Below are positions 1-12,954 of a DNA stretch of 64,000 nt, one piece after another. The first letter of the stretch is position 1. The number at the start of each line of letters is the position of its first letter. Where the stretch lies: positions 27,466,001-27,530,000 of the forward strand of contig OZ024749.1 in assembly GCA_964016885.1 (NCBI GenBank), in the 5' to 3' direction. The notes under the pieces are model-generated. The model was not told the origin of the DNA, did no database searches, and was given only the letters and a program-made list of their open reading frames with translations. The stretch comes from Eledone cirrhosa (lineage: Eukaryota). The position numbers were made by a program, and so were the translations under genes.

Positions 1-75
1 TGTATTCTCTAAACCAATTCCTTCACACTCAATTATTGTCTGGGTCTGAGAAAGGTTTACCACATCAAACTTGGC
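1..75 (-). CDS. RTCA: RNA 3'-terminal phosphate cyclase, last coding exon 11 (continues past window edge)
   Basis: Acceptor ttttccag then AKFDVVNLSQTQTIIECEGIGLENT, resembling the RTCA C-terminus (IIECxGIG); phase 0 after exon 10; stop not in window. Confidence 0.9.
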
Positions 76-273
76 CTGGAAAATAAGAAGAAAACAGATT
101 AGTAAACATTATTTCAATAGTTTTATTTGTTTCAAGAATTTTTTCAACACCCTTATGTGTGTATGAGTATATCATTATAAAAACACAGACACACAAAAAT
201 TAGTCACTCAAATTTATATATAGATTGTACACACAAGCGTAGTGAATGTTTGACGCTGTTTTCTGTAGTTTGA

Positions 274-3200
274 CGTCACCCCTTCCTTCCTCAGTCATCT
301 CTAGTGTGCTATGTCATCACCCCTTCCTTCCTCAGTCATCTCTAGTGTTTCTATGTCATCACCCCTTCCTTCCTCAGTCATCTCTAGTGTGCTATGTCAT
401 CACCCCTCCCTTCCTCAGTCATCTCTAGTGTGCTGTGTCCTCACTCCTTCCTTCCTCAGTCATCTCTAGTGTGCTGTGCCATCACCCCTTCCTTCCTCAG
501 TCATCTCTCGTGTGCTATGTCATCACCCCTTCCTTCCTCAGTCATCTCTAGTGTGCTGTGTCATCATTCCTTCCTTCCTCAGTCATCTCTAGTGTGCTGT
601 GCCATCACCCCTTCCTTCCTCAGTCATCTCTCGTGTGCTATGTCATCACCCCTTCCTTCCTCAGTCATCTCTAGTGTGCTGTGTCATCATTCCTTCCTTC
701 CTCAGTCATCTCTAGTGTGCTGTGCCATCACCCCTTCCTTCCTCAGTCATCTCTCGTGTGCTATGTCATCACTCCTTCCTTCCTCAGTCATCTCTAGTGT
801 GCTATGTCATCACCCCTTCCTTCCTCAGTCATCTCTAGTGTGCTGTGTCATCACTCATTCCTTCCTCAGTCATCTCTAGTGTGCTATGTCATCACTCCTT
901 CCTTCCTCAGTCATCTCTAGTGTGCTATGTCATCACTCCTTCCTTCCTCAGTCATCTCTAGTGTACTATGTCATCATCCTTCCTTCCTCAGTCATCTCTA
1001 GTGTGCTACGTCACCACCCCTTCCTTCCTCAGTCATCTCTAGTGTGCTGTGTCATCACTCCTTCCTTCCTCAGTCATCTCTAGTGTGCTGTGTCATCACC
1101 CCTTCCTTCTTCAGTCATCTCGAGTGTGCTGTCATCACCCCTTCCTTCCTCAGTCATCTCTAGTGTGCTGTGCCATCACTCCTTCCTTCCTCAGTCATCT
1201 CTAGTGTGCTGTGTCATCACCCCTTCCTTCCTCAGTCATATCTAGTGTGCTATGTCATCACACCTTCCTTCCTCAGTCATCTCTAGTGTGCTATGTCATC
1301 ACTCCTTCCTTCCTCAGTCATCTCTAGTGTACTATGTCATCACCCCTTCCTTGCTCAGTGATCTCTAGTGTGCTGTGTCATCACCCCTTCCTTGCTCAGT
1401 CATCTCTAGTGTGCTATGTCATCACTCCTTCCTTCCTCAGTCATCTCTAGTGTCCTATGTCATCACCCCTTGCTTCCTCAGTCATCTCTAGTGTGCTATG
1501 TCATCACTCCTTCCTTCCTCAGTCATCTCTAGTGTGCTATGTCATCACCCCTTGCTTCCTCAGTCATCTCTAGTGTGCTATGTCATCACTCCTTCCTTCC
1601 TCAGTCATCTCTAGTGTGCTGTGCCATCACTCCTTCCTTCCTCAGTCATCTCCAGTGTGCTGTGTCATCACCCCTTCCTTGCTCAGTCATCTCTAGTGTG
1701 CTATGTCATCACTCCTTCCTTCCTCAGTCATCTCTAGTGTGCTATGTCATCACTCCTTCCTTCCTCAGTCATCTCTAGTGTGCTATGTCATCACCCCTTG
1801 CTTCCTCAGTCATCTCTAGTGTGCTCTGTCATCACCCCTTCCTTTCTCAGTCATCTCTAGTGTGCTATGTCATCACCCCTTCCTTCCTCAGTCATCTCTA
1901 GTGTGCTATGTCATCACTCCTTCCTTCCTCAGTCATCTCTAGTGTGCTGTGTCATCACTCCTTCCTTCCGCAGTCATCTCTAGTGTGCTATGTCATCACC
2001 CCTTCCTTGCTCAGTCATCTCTAGTATGCTGTGCCATCACCCCTTGCTTCTTCAGTCATCTCTCGTGTGCTATGTCATCACTCCTTCCTTCCTCAATGAT
2101 CTCTAGTGTGCTGTGCCATCACTCCTTCCTCAGTCATCTCTAGTGTGCTGTGTCATCACTCCTTCCTTGCTCAGTCATCTCTAGTGTGCTGTGTCATCAC
2201 TCCTTCCTTCCTCAGTCATCTCTAGTGTGCTATGTCATCACTCCTTCCTTCCTCAGTCATCTCTAGTGTGCTGTGCCATCACTCCTTCCTTCCTCAGTCA
2301 TCTCCAGTGTGCTGTGTCATCACCCCTTCCTTGCTCAGTCATCTCTAGTGTGCTATGTCATCACTCCTTCCTTCCTCAGTCATCTCTAGTGTGCTATGTC
2401 ATCACCCCTTGCTTCCTCAGTCATCTCTAGTGTGCTATGTCATCACTCCTTCCTTCCTTCCTCAGTCATTTCTAGTGTGCTATGTCATCACCCCTTGCCT
2501 CCTCAGTCATCTCTAGTGTGCTATGTCATCACTCCTTCCTTGCTCAGTCATCTCTAGTGTGCTGTGTCATCACTCCTTCCTTCCTCAGTCATCTCTAGTG
2601 TGCTGTGCCATCACTCCTTCCTTCTTCAGTCATCTCCAGTGTGCTGTGTCATCACCCCTTCCGTGCTCAGTCATCTCTAGTGTGCTATGTCATCACTCCT
2701 TCCTTCCTCAGTCATCTCTAGTGTGCTATGTCATCACTCCTTCCTTCCTCAGTCATCTCTAGTGTGCTATGTCATCACCCCTTGCTTCCTCAGTCATCTC
2801 TAGTGTGCTCTGTCATCACCCCTTCCTTCCTCAGTCATCTCTAGTGTGCTGTGTCATCACTCCTTCCTTCCGCAGTCATCTCTAGTGTGCTATGTCATCA
2901 CCCCTTCCTTGCTCAGTCATCTCTAGTATGCTGTGCCATCACTCCTTCCTTCCTCAGTCATCTCTAGTGTGCTATGTCATCACTCCTTCCTTCCTCAATG
3001 ATCTCTAGTGTGCTGTGCCATCACTCCTTCCTTCCTCAGTCATCTCTAGTGTGCTGTGTCATCACTCCTTCCTTGCTCAGTCATCTCTAGTGTGCTGTGT
3101 CATCACTCCTTCCTTGCTCAGTCATCTCTAGTGTGCTGTGTCATCACTCCTTCCTTCCTCAGTCATCTCTAGTGTGCTATGTCATCACTCCTTCCTTCCT

Positions 3201-4527
3201 CAGTCATCTCTAGTGTGCTGTGCCATCACTCCTTCCTTCCTCAGTCATCTCCAGTGTGCTGTGTCATCACCCCTTCCTTGCTCAGTCATCTCTAGTGTGC
3301 TATGTCATCACTCCTTCCTTCCTCAGTCATCTCTAGTGTGCTATGTCATCACCCCTTGCTTCCTCAGTCATCTCTAGTGTGCTATGTCATCACTCCTTCC
3401 TTCCTTCCTCAGTCATCTCTAGTGTGCTATGTTATCACCCCTTGCTTCCTCAGTCATCTCTAGTGTGCTATGTCATCACTCCTTCCTTCCTCAGTCATCT
3501 CTAGTGTGCCATGTCATCACCCCTTGCTTCCTCAGTCATCTCTAGTGTGCTGTGCCATCACTCCTTCCTTCCTCAGTCATCTCTAGTGTGCTATGTCATC
3601 ACCCCTTGCTTCCTCAGTCATCTCTAGTGTGCTATGTCATCACCCCTTCCTTCCTCAGTCATCTCTAGTGTGCTATGTCATCACCCCTTGCTTCCTCAGT
3701 CATGTCTAGTGTGCTATGTCATCACCCCTTCCTTCCTCAGTCATCTCTAGTGTGCTATGTCATCACCCCTTGCTTCCTCAGTCATCTCTAGTGTGCTCTG
3801 TCATCACCCCTTCCTTCCTCAGTCATCTCTAGTGTGCTATGTCATCACCCCTTCCTTCCTCAGTCATTTCTAGTGTGCTATGTCATCACCCCTTCCTTCC
3901 TCAATGATCTCTAGTGTGCTCTGTCATCACCCCTTCCTTCCTCAGTCATCTCTAGTGTGCTATGTCATCACTCCTTCCTTCCTCAGTCATCTCTAGTGTG
4001 CTCTGTCATCACCCCTTCCTTCCTCAGTCATCTCTAGTGTGCTATGTCATCACTCCTTCCTTCCCCAGTCATTTCTAGTGTGCTCTGTCATCACTCCTTC
4101 CTTTCTCAGTCATCTCTAGTGTGCTGTGTCATCACCCCTTCCTTCCTCAGTCATCTCTAGTGTGCTGTGTCAACACCCCTTCCTTCCTCAGTCATCTCTA
4201 GTGTGCTATGACATCACTCCTTACTTCCTCAGTCATCTCTAGTGTGCTATGTCATCACCCCTTCCTTGCTCAGTCATCTCTTGTGTGCTGTGTCATCACT
4301 CCTTCCTTCCTCAGTCATCTCAAGTGTGCTGTCATCACTCCTTCCTTCCTCAGTCATCTCAAGTGTGCTGTCATCACTCCTTCCTTCCTCAGTCATCTCT
4401 AGTGTGCTGTGTCATCACCCCTTCCTTCCTCAGTCATCTCTAGTGTGCTATGTCATCACCCCTTCCTTCCTCAGTCATCTCTAGTACGTGACGTATTCAC
4501 CCCTTCTTTCCTCAATCATCTCTAGTG
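274..4527. repeat. 41-bp tandem satellite, about 100 copies, in RTCA intron 10
   Basis: Unit TCATCACYCCTTCCTTCCTCAGTCATCTCTAGTGTGCTRTG; period 41 (agtcatc at 293 and 334). Confidence 0.97.
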
Positions 4528-4906
4528 TATGACAACACTAAGACAGCCAGTTCTTAATAGATGCCATAAGTAGGTACCACAGTCTGCCTAGCTGTAGGTA
4601 GGTACCACAATCTGCCTAGCTGTAGTTAGGTACTACTGTGTGGTACCTACTTACATCCAGGTAGACTGGGTGATGTACAATAACACTGGTACCACAACAC
4701 ATAACCTGGTCCAGGAATTGAACCCACAGCATTATGATCTTAAGTCCAACACACTTACCACTAGGTCATGCATCTCCACTATAATAAAGATACTATGAAT
4801 ATTTGAATTTACAAACTTGTTTTTAGATATTTTCTGGTAAATTATTATAGGATGTAAAAATTTAAAGTTAGCCCCCCCCCCCCCTTTTTTTTTTCTTAAA
4901 ACATAC

Positions 4907-5011
4907 CTGAGTAAGTTGTTTAGCAACATGAATAGCTGTTTCAGTATGGAGTGTGAGAGGACCACAGCGGATACTGGATTTACCTTTAGCCAGAGCCATC
5001 AAAATAATCAA
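4907..5011 (-). CDS. RTCA: RTCA exon 10 (catalytic His region)
   Basis: tttcag|LIILMALAKGKSSIRCGPLTLHTETAIHVAKQLTQ|gtatgt; 105 nt; TLHTET holds the adenylated His of RtcA enzymes. Confidence 0.95.
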
Positions 5012-5089
5012 CTGAAACAACAAGTTAGATAACATGTCCAGCAGTGAATAAAATACATTGATAGGAAAAAAAGAGAAAAATCTGTTTAA

Positions 5090-5310
5090 CCCTTTAGCAT
5101 TTACATTACTCTGTATTTACTATTGTATTTTCATGGTAAAGGCTTTACCTCAAATAATTATCTCACATGATATCGAATCTATGAGATTTTGATATTATTC
5201 ATTTTGAAAACAATACCTTAACATCAGTATGAGTGGCCGATTACAGCTGGTTTGAACAGAAAGAGGTGAGAGAATTCTAGCCGGATATGGCTGGTTTAAA
5301 TGCTAAAGGG
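5090..5310. mobile_element. piggyBac-like MITE
   Basis: TTAA on both sides; TIR CCCTTTAGCATTTA / TAAATGCTAAAGGG; related copies at 29910-30099, 40128-40348 and a partial copy near 11690-11752. Confidence 0.8.
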
Positions 5311-5939
5311 TTAAAGAAAAGTGATATACTAACCATGTGTATCATCATCGTTTAATGTCCATTTTCCATGCTAGCATGGGTTAGATGTGTTGTCCTGTTT
5401 GAGGCAAGTTGGGTCAGGTGACCTTGTCTTACTCATATAGGACTGTTTCTAGCTAGGTTTCTATGACTGGATGCCCTTCCTAATGCCAACCACATTTACA
5501 GTATGTGCTGGGTGCTTTTCTTCGTGACTTTTACACGACCACTTTACAGTGTGGACTGGGTGCTTTGTGTCATGACACCTACATGACCACCTTACAGTGT
5601 AGACTGGATATGTTTTGTTCACAGTGTAAAGGTGGAATGGACAGGAGTAAGTGGGTGGGTGTAGTGGTTAAGAGGTGTCTACTAGATGTATGTTTGAGTC
5701 TGTGCGCATAGGTACACTGTATCCATGTGTGTTGTAAAAAAGTGACTAAAAGGGTTGGTATCAGGAAGGGCATCTGGCTGTAAAACATTGCCTCAAAAAG
5801 TTCCATCCAACCCATGCTAACATGGAAATGACATAAAAACAATGATGGTGATGATGATATGTATTTAAGTTGAAAATGATAGATTTAAGAATAAAAAATT
5901 ATCTATTTAAGTTTGAAGTTCAAAGAATGAGTATAGATG

Positions 5940-6460
5940 AGTGGTACTCACCAGAGTATAGCAATGAAGTCCTCACTCACCGTGTACAGTTCAGGAGGTA
6001 CTCACCAGAGTATAGCAATGAAATATTCACTCACCAGTGTACAGTTGAGGAGGTACTCACCAGAGTATAGCAATGAAGTCCTCACTCACCGTATACAGTT
6101 CAGGAGGTACTCACCAGAGTATAGCAATGAAATCTTCACTCACCAGAGTATAGCAGTCGAGTCCTCACTCACCAGAGTATACCAATGAAGGAATCCTCAC
6201 TCACCAGTAGAGTTGAGAAGGTACTCAATAGAGTATAGCAGTGGTCCTCACTAACCAAAGTGTAGTGGAGGAGGGCCTCACTCACCGGAGTAGACCAATG
6301 AAGGAGTCCTTACTTACTAGTGTGTAGCAGCAGAAGGATACCTCACTCAGCAGAGTGTAGCAGAGAAGGGCCTCATTCAACAGAGGAGGGCCTCATTCAG
6401 CAGAGGAGGGCCTCACTCAGCAGAGTGTAGCAGCAGAAGAACACCTCACTCAGCAGAGAG
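5940..6460. repeat. Degenerate minisatellite built on CTCACTCACCAGAGTATAGCA
   Basis: Recurring ctcac(t)caccagagt(a/g)tagca subunits with variable spacers, decaying rightwards. Confidence 0.85.
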
Positions 6461-6697
6461 ATGCCTGAGTCTCTATGAACAGCTACTGAAATCTATTTTA
6501 CATTATAAGTATCAATGGTGTCAGGCATTACTCCTATCATTTTGTTTGGTGCAAACATTAAAAAATTTCTGCAAAAAATGATTAAATTTTCTGAAAAAAA
6601 TTGGGGGGGGGGGGGAGCTCCACCCCCAGCAATACACCACTGGTGACAGATATGAAATATAGAAAGAAGAGAACCAGACATAAACATAAAATGGTAC

Positions 6698-6792
6698 CTG
6701 GTCTTGTAGATAGTCATCCACACAACCACCATGGAATATATTGTCTAAAAGACTTGAGGCTGCCTGGTAACCAACCTCTTCTGCAGAACGGC
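6698..6792 (-). CDS. RTCA: RTCA exon 9
   Basis: ttttcag|(G)RSAEEVGYQAASSLLDNIFHGGCVDDYLQDQ|gtacca; 95 nt; conserved VDxYLQDQ motif. Confidence 0.95.
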
Positions 6793-7228
6793 CTGAAAAA
6801 TAACAAAACAAATATCATAAAAATATAGTGCGTATCCTGGTTTTTAGAATAGATACACCATACCCCTGTGTGTTGTGTGAGGCAACTCTATATATGTATA
6901 TGTGTGTAATATAAAAAATTCAAATGTTTGTATTGGTTTTGCAAATAACACATTGAAGTCATTTAAGAAGTTTGTTTCACTTGGGCAAAAGTCTTCTAAA
7001 AGTCTTCTACAATAGCTCATGTTGACCGATATATTGTGAATGGAATTTGGTAAAAGGCACTGGATAGTCTGTCTAAGTAGCCCTCACTACCCCATCCCTA
7101 TCATGTATCAGTTCTTATTCAAAGTTACTGGCCTTCCAATGTCCATGTGTTATTTGTCCAGAGTAAAACCAGTGAAAGAATTAAAGAATAAATAAAGAAA
7201 AAAAGATATACAAGACATGAAAACCAAC

Positions 7229-7287
7229 CTCTTTTTCCAAGAGCTGAACCAGCTAAAATACATCCTGTGGTAGTTTCAGCCACCAAA
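7229..7287 (-). CDS. RTCA: RTCA exon 8
   Basis: ccctag|LVAETTTGCILAGSALGKR|gttggt; 59 nt; phases fit neighbouring exons. Confidence 0.93.
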
Positions 7288-8169
7288 CTAGGGAAACAAA
7301 AGCAGCAAAAGAAAATTATAATAATAACAAAGACAGCGTTTGTTTTGAAAACAGCAAGCGAAGTTTGAAATTAAGTAGAAATAGAAGCTTTCACCATATT
7401 TTGACTAAAGTAATTAACCTGATAGTTTTTTAAAGCCCGCTAAATGGAAAAGGATGAGTATTGACATTCTTTTCCATTTAAAGGGTTTTAAAAACCCCAC
7501 TATCAGGTTAATTTCTTTAGTCAAAATATGGCGAAAACTTCTATTTCTACTTAATAATAATAATGTTTTTAATTTTGGCTGAAGGCCAGTAATTTGAGGG
7601 AAGGCAAAAATTGATGATTTAATCAACTCTAGTACATGACTGGTACTTTATTTTATCAACCTTGGAAGGATGAAAGGTATAGCTGACCTCAGCACGATTG
7701 CATGGACACTGAATGACAGCATGCAAGATGGTTTCATTGTCCTGTGTCTATCTCAAACAGGTTGAGATATTGATAATAATAATCAAAAATTTGGAAGGAT
7801 TTTGTATTACAACTTTTAACATTATTAAACTGATGTTTGGAACAGAACTTAACAAATGTCTTTACATAAAATTTAGGTAAATACAAACACTTTAAAATAA
7901 ACAGGTTTGTATCATAGAACTGGGGGTGATTTTAAGCAGTTGATGATTAGGTTAAATACAGATGACAAGGATGATTGAAGGTGATGATGGTGGTGGTATT
8001 GGGGACAATGAGGGTAGTAATGGTAACAATGATAGTGACAGTAGTGATGATGACAGTTGGTGGTGGTAGAAATGATGGTGATGGTGGTTGTGGTGGTAGA
8101 GATAATGATGATGGTGATGGTGGTGACAAGAGGCCACATATTTACAGAAATACTCTAATATCAACATAC

Positions 8170-8285
8170 ACAATTCCAGAAGCTGTATTTGGGTTTGGTT
8201 CCTTCAAGACATCCATCTTCATCGGTATATTGTTCATTTTCTGCTTCAGGGTGGTCTTCGCTTTATCAGCCATTAACCTAGCAAC
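8170..8285 (-). CDS. RTCA: RTCA exon 7
   Basis: atcag|VARLMADKAKTTLKQKMNNIPMKMDVLKEPNPNTASGIV|gtatgt; 116 nt. Confidence 0.9.
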
Positions 8286-8686
8286 CTGATGGAGAAAACA
8301 AGGGGAAACAGAATAAAACACTATAGATATATCATATATATATATATATACTCTCACACTCATTGACAGATACTGTTTAACATCAAACTAAATATACTCT
8401 ACTTTAGTGAACACTTGGCCCAATACATACATATATATATATATATGTATATATTCACACACACCCAGATATATACAGACACAGAGATATATTCACATAA
8501 ACACACACATATATACCTACACAAACACTTAAACTGATACTATTTAACATCAAACAAAATATACTTTACTTTAGTGGGCACTTGGCCCGATACATACACA
8601 TATATATATATTCACAGACACACACATATATACCTATACAAACACTTAAACTGATACTATTTAACATCAAACTAGATATACTTTAC

Positions 8687-8828
8687 TTTAGTGGGCAGTT
8701 GGCCTGATACAAAAGATCGGCCGTAGATGTTAGTGACTTGTCCGACATTGGTCATGTTCACAGGTTTCAGATATTTCACAGGTTCAGATCTAACGTAAAC
8801 CTCACCACCACCTTTAGGATAATAACCC
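8687..8828 (-). CDS. RTCA: RTCA exon 6
   Basis: ttcag|(R)[47 protein letters not shown]|gtaaag; 142 nt; [11 protein letters not shown] is the RTC family signature. Confidence 0.97.
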
Positions 8829-9460
8829 CTGAAAATTGAACATCAAAATCAATAAGAAGACATCAGCAAGGAATTTAGTGGTAGCAGATAGTTTTAGGGG
8901 GCATTTTTAACCTTTTCGTTACCATATTTCTAATGAATGACACTGCCTGTAATTTTGAAAATAATCAAGAATTTGGAAGGATTTAATAGTATAACTAACT
9001 TTTTCATTATTAAGCTGACGTCTGAAACAAATTAACAAAAGGTTCTTAATATAAAACTATGATGGAAGGTTTTTTTTATGAATATAAACACTTTATGTAT
9101 GTATCGTGGTTTTTAGAATAGGTACATCATATCCCTGCATGTCGTATGAGATAACTAAAAGGTTTGACATCAGGAAGGGCATTGTCTTAAAAAGTCCCTT
9201 CAACCCATTCCAACATGGAAAAGTCAATGTAAAAACGATGATGATGATGAACTGCTATAATTCCATTTAGTTTTTTTTCACTGGACACAAGGAAATAAAA
9301 TAGATGATTACGATAGCACTCAAGTATATTACTAGTACTTAATTTTATTATTATTATTCTTCCCTGCACTCCATCCTACATTACAAGAATCCCCATGGTT
9401 AAGTCATGCCACTAAGAAAAAATATACATAATAGAAGAAATAATAAGTAAGTAACATTAC

Positions 9461-9519
9461 CTTCGTTCGATATCACAGTCAAAATATAAACCAAATTTGG
9501 CAGCAATTGGTTTAAACAC
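9461..9519 (-). CDS. RTCA: RTCA exon 5
   Basis: ctacag|VFKPIAAKFGLYFDCDIER(R)|gtaatg; 59 nt. Confidence 0.94.
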
Positions 9520-10363
9520 CTGTAGAGAAAAACAAAATATTTTCAACTAACAACAGTGATAATTCAATAAACATATCCAGCTATATATATATATATAGTT
9601 CCAGAGTTGGGCCAAATCAATACAGATCAAGCCTTGAGCTGATCAATCGCGAAATGTGCGTCATACTTCAATAAATGTAATGAAGATCTAACACCTCGTC
9701 TTTTTAATTATATATATATATATCCTGATGATTTCCTTTCAATGAAACAGTTATAGTCCTGTAGAAGCCATTTCTATATTAAATTTTGTATATGCTCTAC
9801 TAATGTATTGAGTACCTTACTGTGGTTACTCCCGATTGAACCCGGGACTCACATATATATAGTTTAGGAGCTTCCAGTAAATCCACAATTTTTATATAGT
9901 CGAATAGTTTGTGGTTTGTCATCAACTTCATATATATACAAACACACATACATATATATACTGACATACATATGTGTATGTGTGCATGTATATGTAAGAA
10001 AATGGAGGGATATATTATCAGTTTCCAATAAACTTTACAAAAATTGGGCTTTATAGCTCTATGACAAAACTCTAACTGTTGTCACCATCATCATCATCAT
10101 CATCATTAAACCTCCTATTTTTCCATGCTGCCATAGGTTGGACAGGTCATCAAAGACCAAGTTAGCATTCAGTCAGTCTTGCTTACTTACATATGTTACC
10201 ACACTTTACAGAGTGTCATGTGTGCACTTTATTGTGGCTCCAGCACAAGATAGATTAGGAAAAAATGGATGTAAAAATGATGATGATGATTTGAAATAAA
10301 TAAACAAACAAAAACAGAAAAGGTGAAGAAGAAAAAGAAAGAAGAAAGAGAAAGAAAACTAAC

Positions 10364-10487
10364 CAACAACTGGTAATCAATCTGTGGCGCCATTTCTGCA
10401 TTGGTGCCACCTAACAACCGAAGTTCAACACTTCCATTGCCAAATACCATACAAGGTACAGCAGCTTGCATCAAGAGGCATACACTT
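10364..10487 (-). CDS. RTCA: RTCA exon 4
   Basis: ttacag|[41 protein letters not shown]|gttagt; 124 nt; conserved [13 protein letters not shown]. Confidence 0.97.
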
Positions 10488-11359
10488 CTGTAAATATAGA
10501 CATAGAACAATAACAATAATGGTTTCAGATTTAGACACAAGGCCAACAGTTTTCGGGGAGGGGAAAATCAATTATATCGGCCCTAGTGTGTTACTGGTAC
10601 TTTATTTTATCAACCCTGTAAGGACGAAAGGCAAAGCTAACCTCAGTAGGATTTGAACTCAAAACGTAATAATAATAATTGTTTCTACTTTTGGCACAAA
10701 GCCAGCAATTTGAAGGGAAGAGGGAAAGTCAAATAAATCACCTGGTACTTTATTTTATCGACCCCAGAAGAATGAAAAGCAAAGTTGACCTGAGCAGGAT
10801 TTGAAATCAGAACTAAATGCTGCAAAAGATTTTAACCAATGTTCTAATGGTTCCAGGAATCAAACTCACAACCTCACGATTGCAAATCTAGTTCTATAAC
10901 TAATAAGCCATGTGCCTTCATAATGCGTATACTCCCCTCCAAGCGGTTGTGCTAATTCTGTGGTGACCCCTTTTGTTGCACCTTTTTTGCTGTGTAAACG
11001 TAGTGCAACCAGTGCCTTTCAGTGTTTGTGCTAATTGCACTATGACCCCTTTCTGCTGCAGCTGCGTTGCCACGCTGATTTCGTCATCACAATATCCCTA
11101 CTTAAACGTACATCTCTTGAAATTGTTGATGGTGACCCCAATAGTAACTCTGAAATGTTCGGCATCCGATATAACAGTTCGGTCTATATCAGATTAGGTA
11201 GATTTACGAAGAGGCTATGGTCTCCTGTGGGGAAGGCCCAACATGCTGTGCAGTTGCATGACATGTCTTACTCAAGCATTGCAGGCTTTACTCTGTACAG
11301 TATACATGCAGGTGCAATAGACATAACTGATGATGTCTGTCCGGATGACTGGGTGCAAA

Positions 11360-11649
11360 TCTATAAAACTTGAAAAGTACCTAACCGACTTTCTCCAAAT
11401 GGAAGAAAAGTCATACTCTAAGATTTAGTACGCTTAAAGAGTATCCAGCTGATTTTCTTCAGATTTTGTACATGCATGCAGATGTTTCACAATTCGGGCC
11501 TGCTGGTGTTCTACATTTCCAGTAGGTGAACAATCATTCCCTGAGAATAAGGGAATTCAAAAAGTACACAGCTACATTCCTCAATCTTTGCATATGCGTG
11601 TTGCTATTTCACGTTTCCTACCCTGTGCAACGCTGGGTCATGCTGCTAG
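11360..11649 (+). mobile_element. Non-autonomous Helitron
   Basis: A|TCTATAAAAC 5' end; 3' GC-rich hairpin ccctgtgcaacgctggg then CTAG|T; inserted between A and T. Confidence 0.65.
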
Positions 11650-11848
11650 TAAATAATAGATTCGATATTATGTAGGATAATTATGTAAGGCAAGGCCTTT
11701 ACTGTGAAAATACAATAGTAAATATAGAGTAATGTAAATAGTAAAGGGTTAAGTCGTAAAAATACAGTGCAAATTAAAAAACAACAACAAAAAACAAACA
11801 AACATAACAAGAACAAAGGAACATTGTAAATATGTACCCTTCACATAC

Positions 11849-11992
11849 CCAGCAGTTTGTGTATCAGCTTCATATTGTCCTCCTTTCACAGTGGAGGGAT
11901 AAAATGTGATTTCGGTAGAGCCAATGGTAGCACCTTCCAGTCTGCCATTAGACATGGCACTAATCAACTTGATTCCAGTCATATGTTGAGAT
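11849..11992 (-). CDS. RTCA: RTCA exon 3
   Basis: ctacag|SQHMTGIKLISAMSNGRLEGATIGSTEITFYPSTVKGGQYEADTQTAG|gtatgt; 144 nt. Confidence 0.96.
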
Positions 11993-12249
11993 CTGTAGAC
12001 AATGGTAAAGAGAAATGGTTGGAATATTTAACATATGTTGTGATCTATATTACTATAGCCTTCTATAATACACTACTTTACTATAGCCTTCTATAATACA
12101 CTACACTGCTTCTATAATACGCCTTTTATAATAACTACGTTACTATAGTCTACTATAACACATTGTATTCTATATATTCTCACATGCTCCAAACACGGCG
12201 GAATATCTATCAAATTAGAAAAGTATCAATGTATGAGGTGTAAAATTAC

Positions 12250-12350
12250 CGTAATCCTGCATTGCTTCTCCCAGCTCGTATATTCCAAACTCGAACTGGC
12301 CGTCGTAAAAGGCAACTAAAGGCAATAGCATTGCGGAGTATTTGACCACC
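12250..12350 (-). CDS. RTCA: RTCA exon 2
   Basis: ttgtag|GGQILRNAIAFSCLLRRPVRVWNIRAGRSNAGLR|gtaatt; 101 nt; GGQILR and IRAGR motifs. Confidence 0.97.
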
Positions 12351-12703
12351 CTACAAAAGAACAGATGAAAATCTAATAAATAATAATAATAATTTTAGCT
12401 TTTTTTAAAACTATAAAGTCAAGGATACACATCCCTGCATATATATATAATTTTTCCATATATGGTAGCAGGAAAATATTCGGCTAATTTAAAAAGAAAA
12501 TTAGTCCCCTGATTTTTTCATAGCAAGAATTTGCTCTTCCTGTCTCACTTAATTAGTTATTTTATTCTCCTTGCATATATTTTACCGTATCTCAAAAGAA
12601 CCTCTTCACATATTACCGTTATGTCTTTCTACTTTTTAAAGGCAATATTTGGTTATAATGTTTTTGAAATATTTACATCTGCATCCACAGATTGATATTT
12701 CTC

Positions 12704-12755
12704 AGTTTCAGAAGATCCCGCTTTAGGATGAAAACAGAAAATGTTTGCTTAAACT
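12704..12755 (+). ncRNA. Hammerhead-like motif, CAGAAGA-core family (degraded stem III)
   Basis: AGTTT-CAGAAGA-stem II-GAAA...CTT-AAACT; same family as 39602-39652. Confidence 0.45.
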
Positions 12756-12954
12756 TTTAATCTGTGCTAATAATAAAGGAATATATATATATATATAGTA
12801 TAAGGATACTATTTATGGTTATGTATATACTAAAACTTTTTATAGTTATATATATTTTAAACCCTAAACAGTGAAAGACAGTAATTTATTACTACCTTAT
12901 TACCAGTAAGATAAATAGCTCAATGTAATAACATCAGTTGTTCTACAGAGCAGT

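Noticed and set aside
246-4484. Ser/Leu/Cys/His-rich ORFs, and a CRISPR-like look to the regular repeats
   Set aside because: Translations of a 41-bp satellite; units are contiguous with no unique spacers, there are no cas genes, and the context is a eukaryotic intron
10935-11358. GC-richer coding-like stretch in RTCA intron 3
   Set aside because: Interrupted frames and no motif I can recognise; probably an old mobile-element fragment, left unannotated
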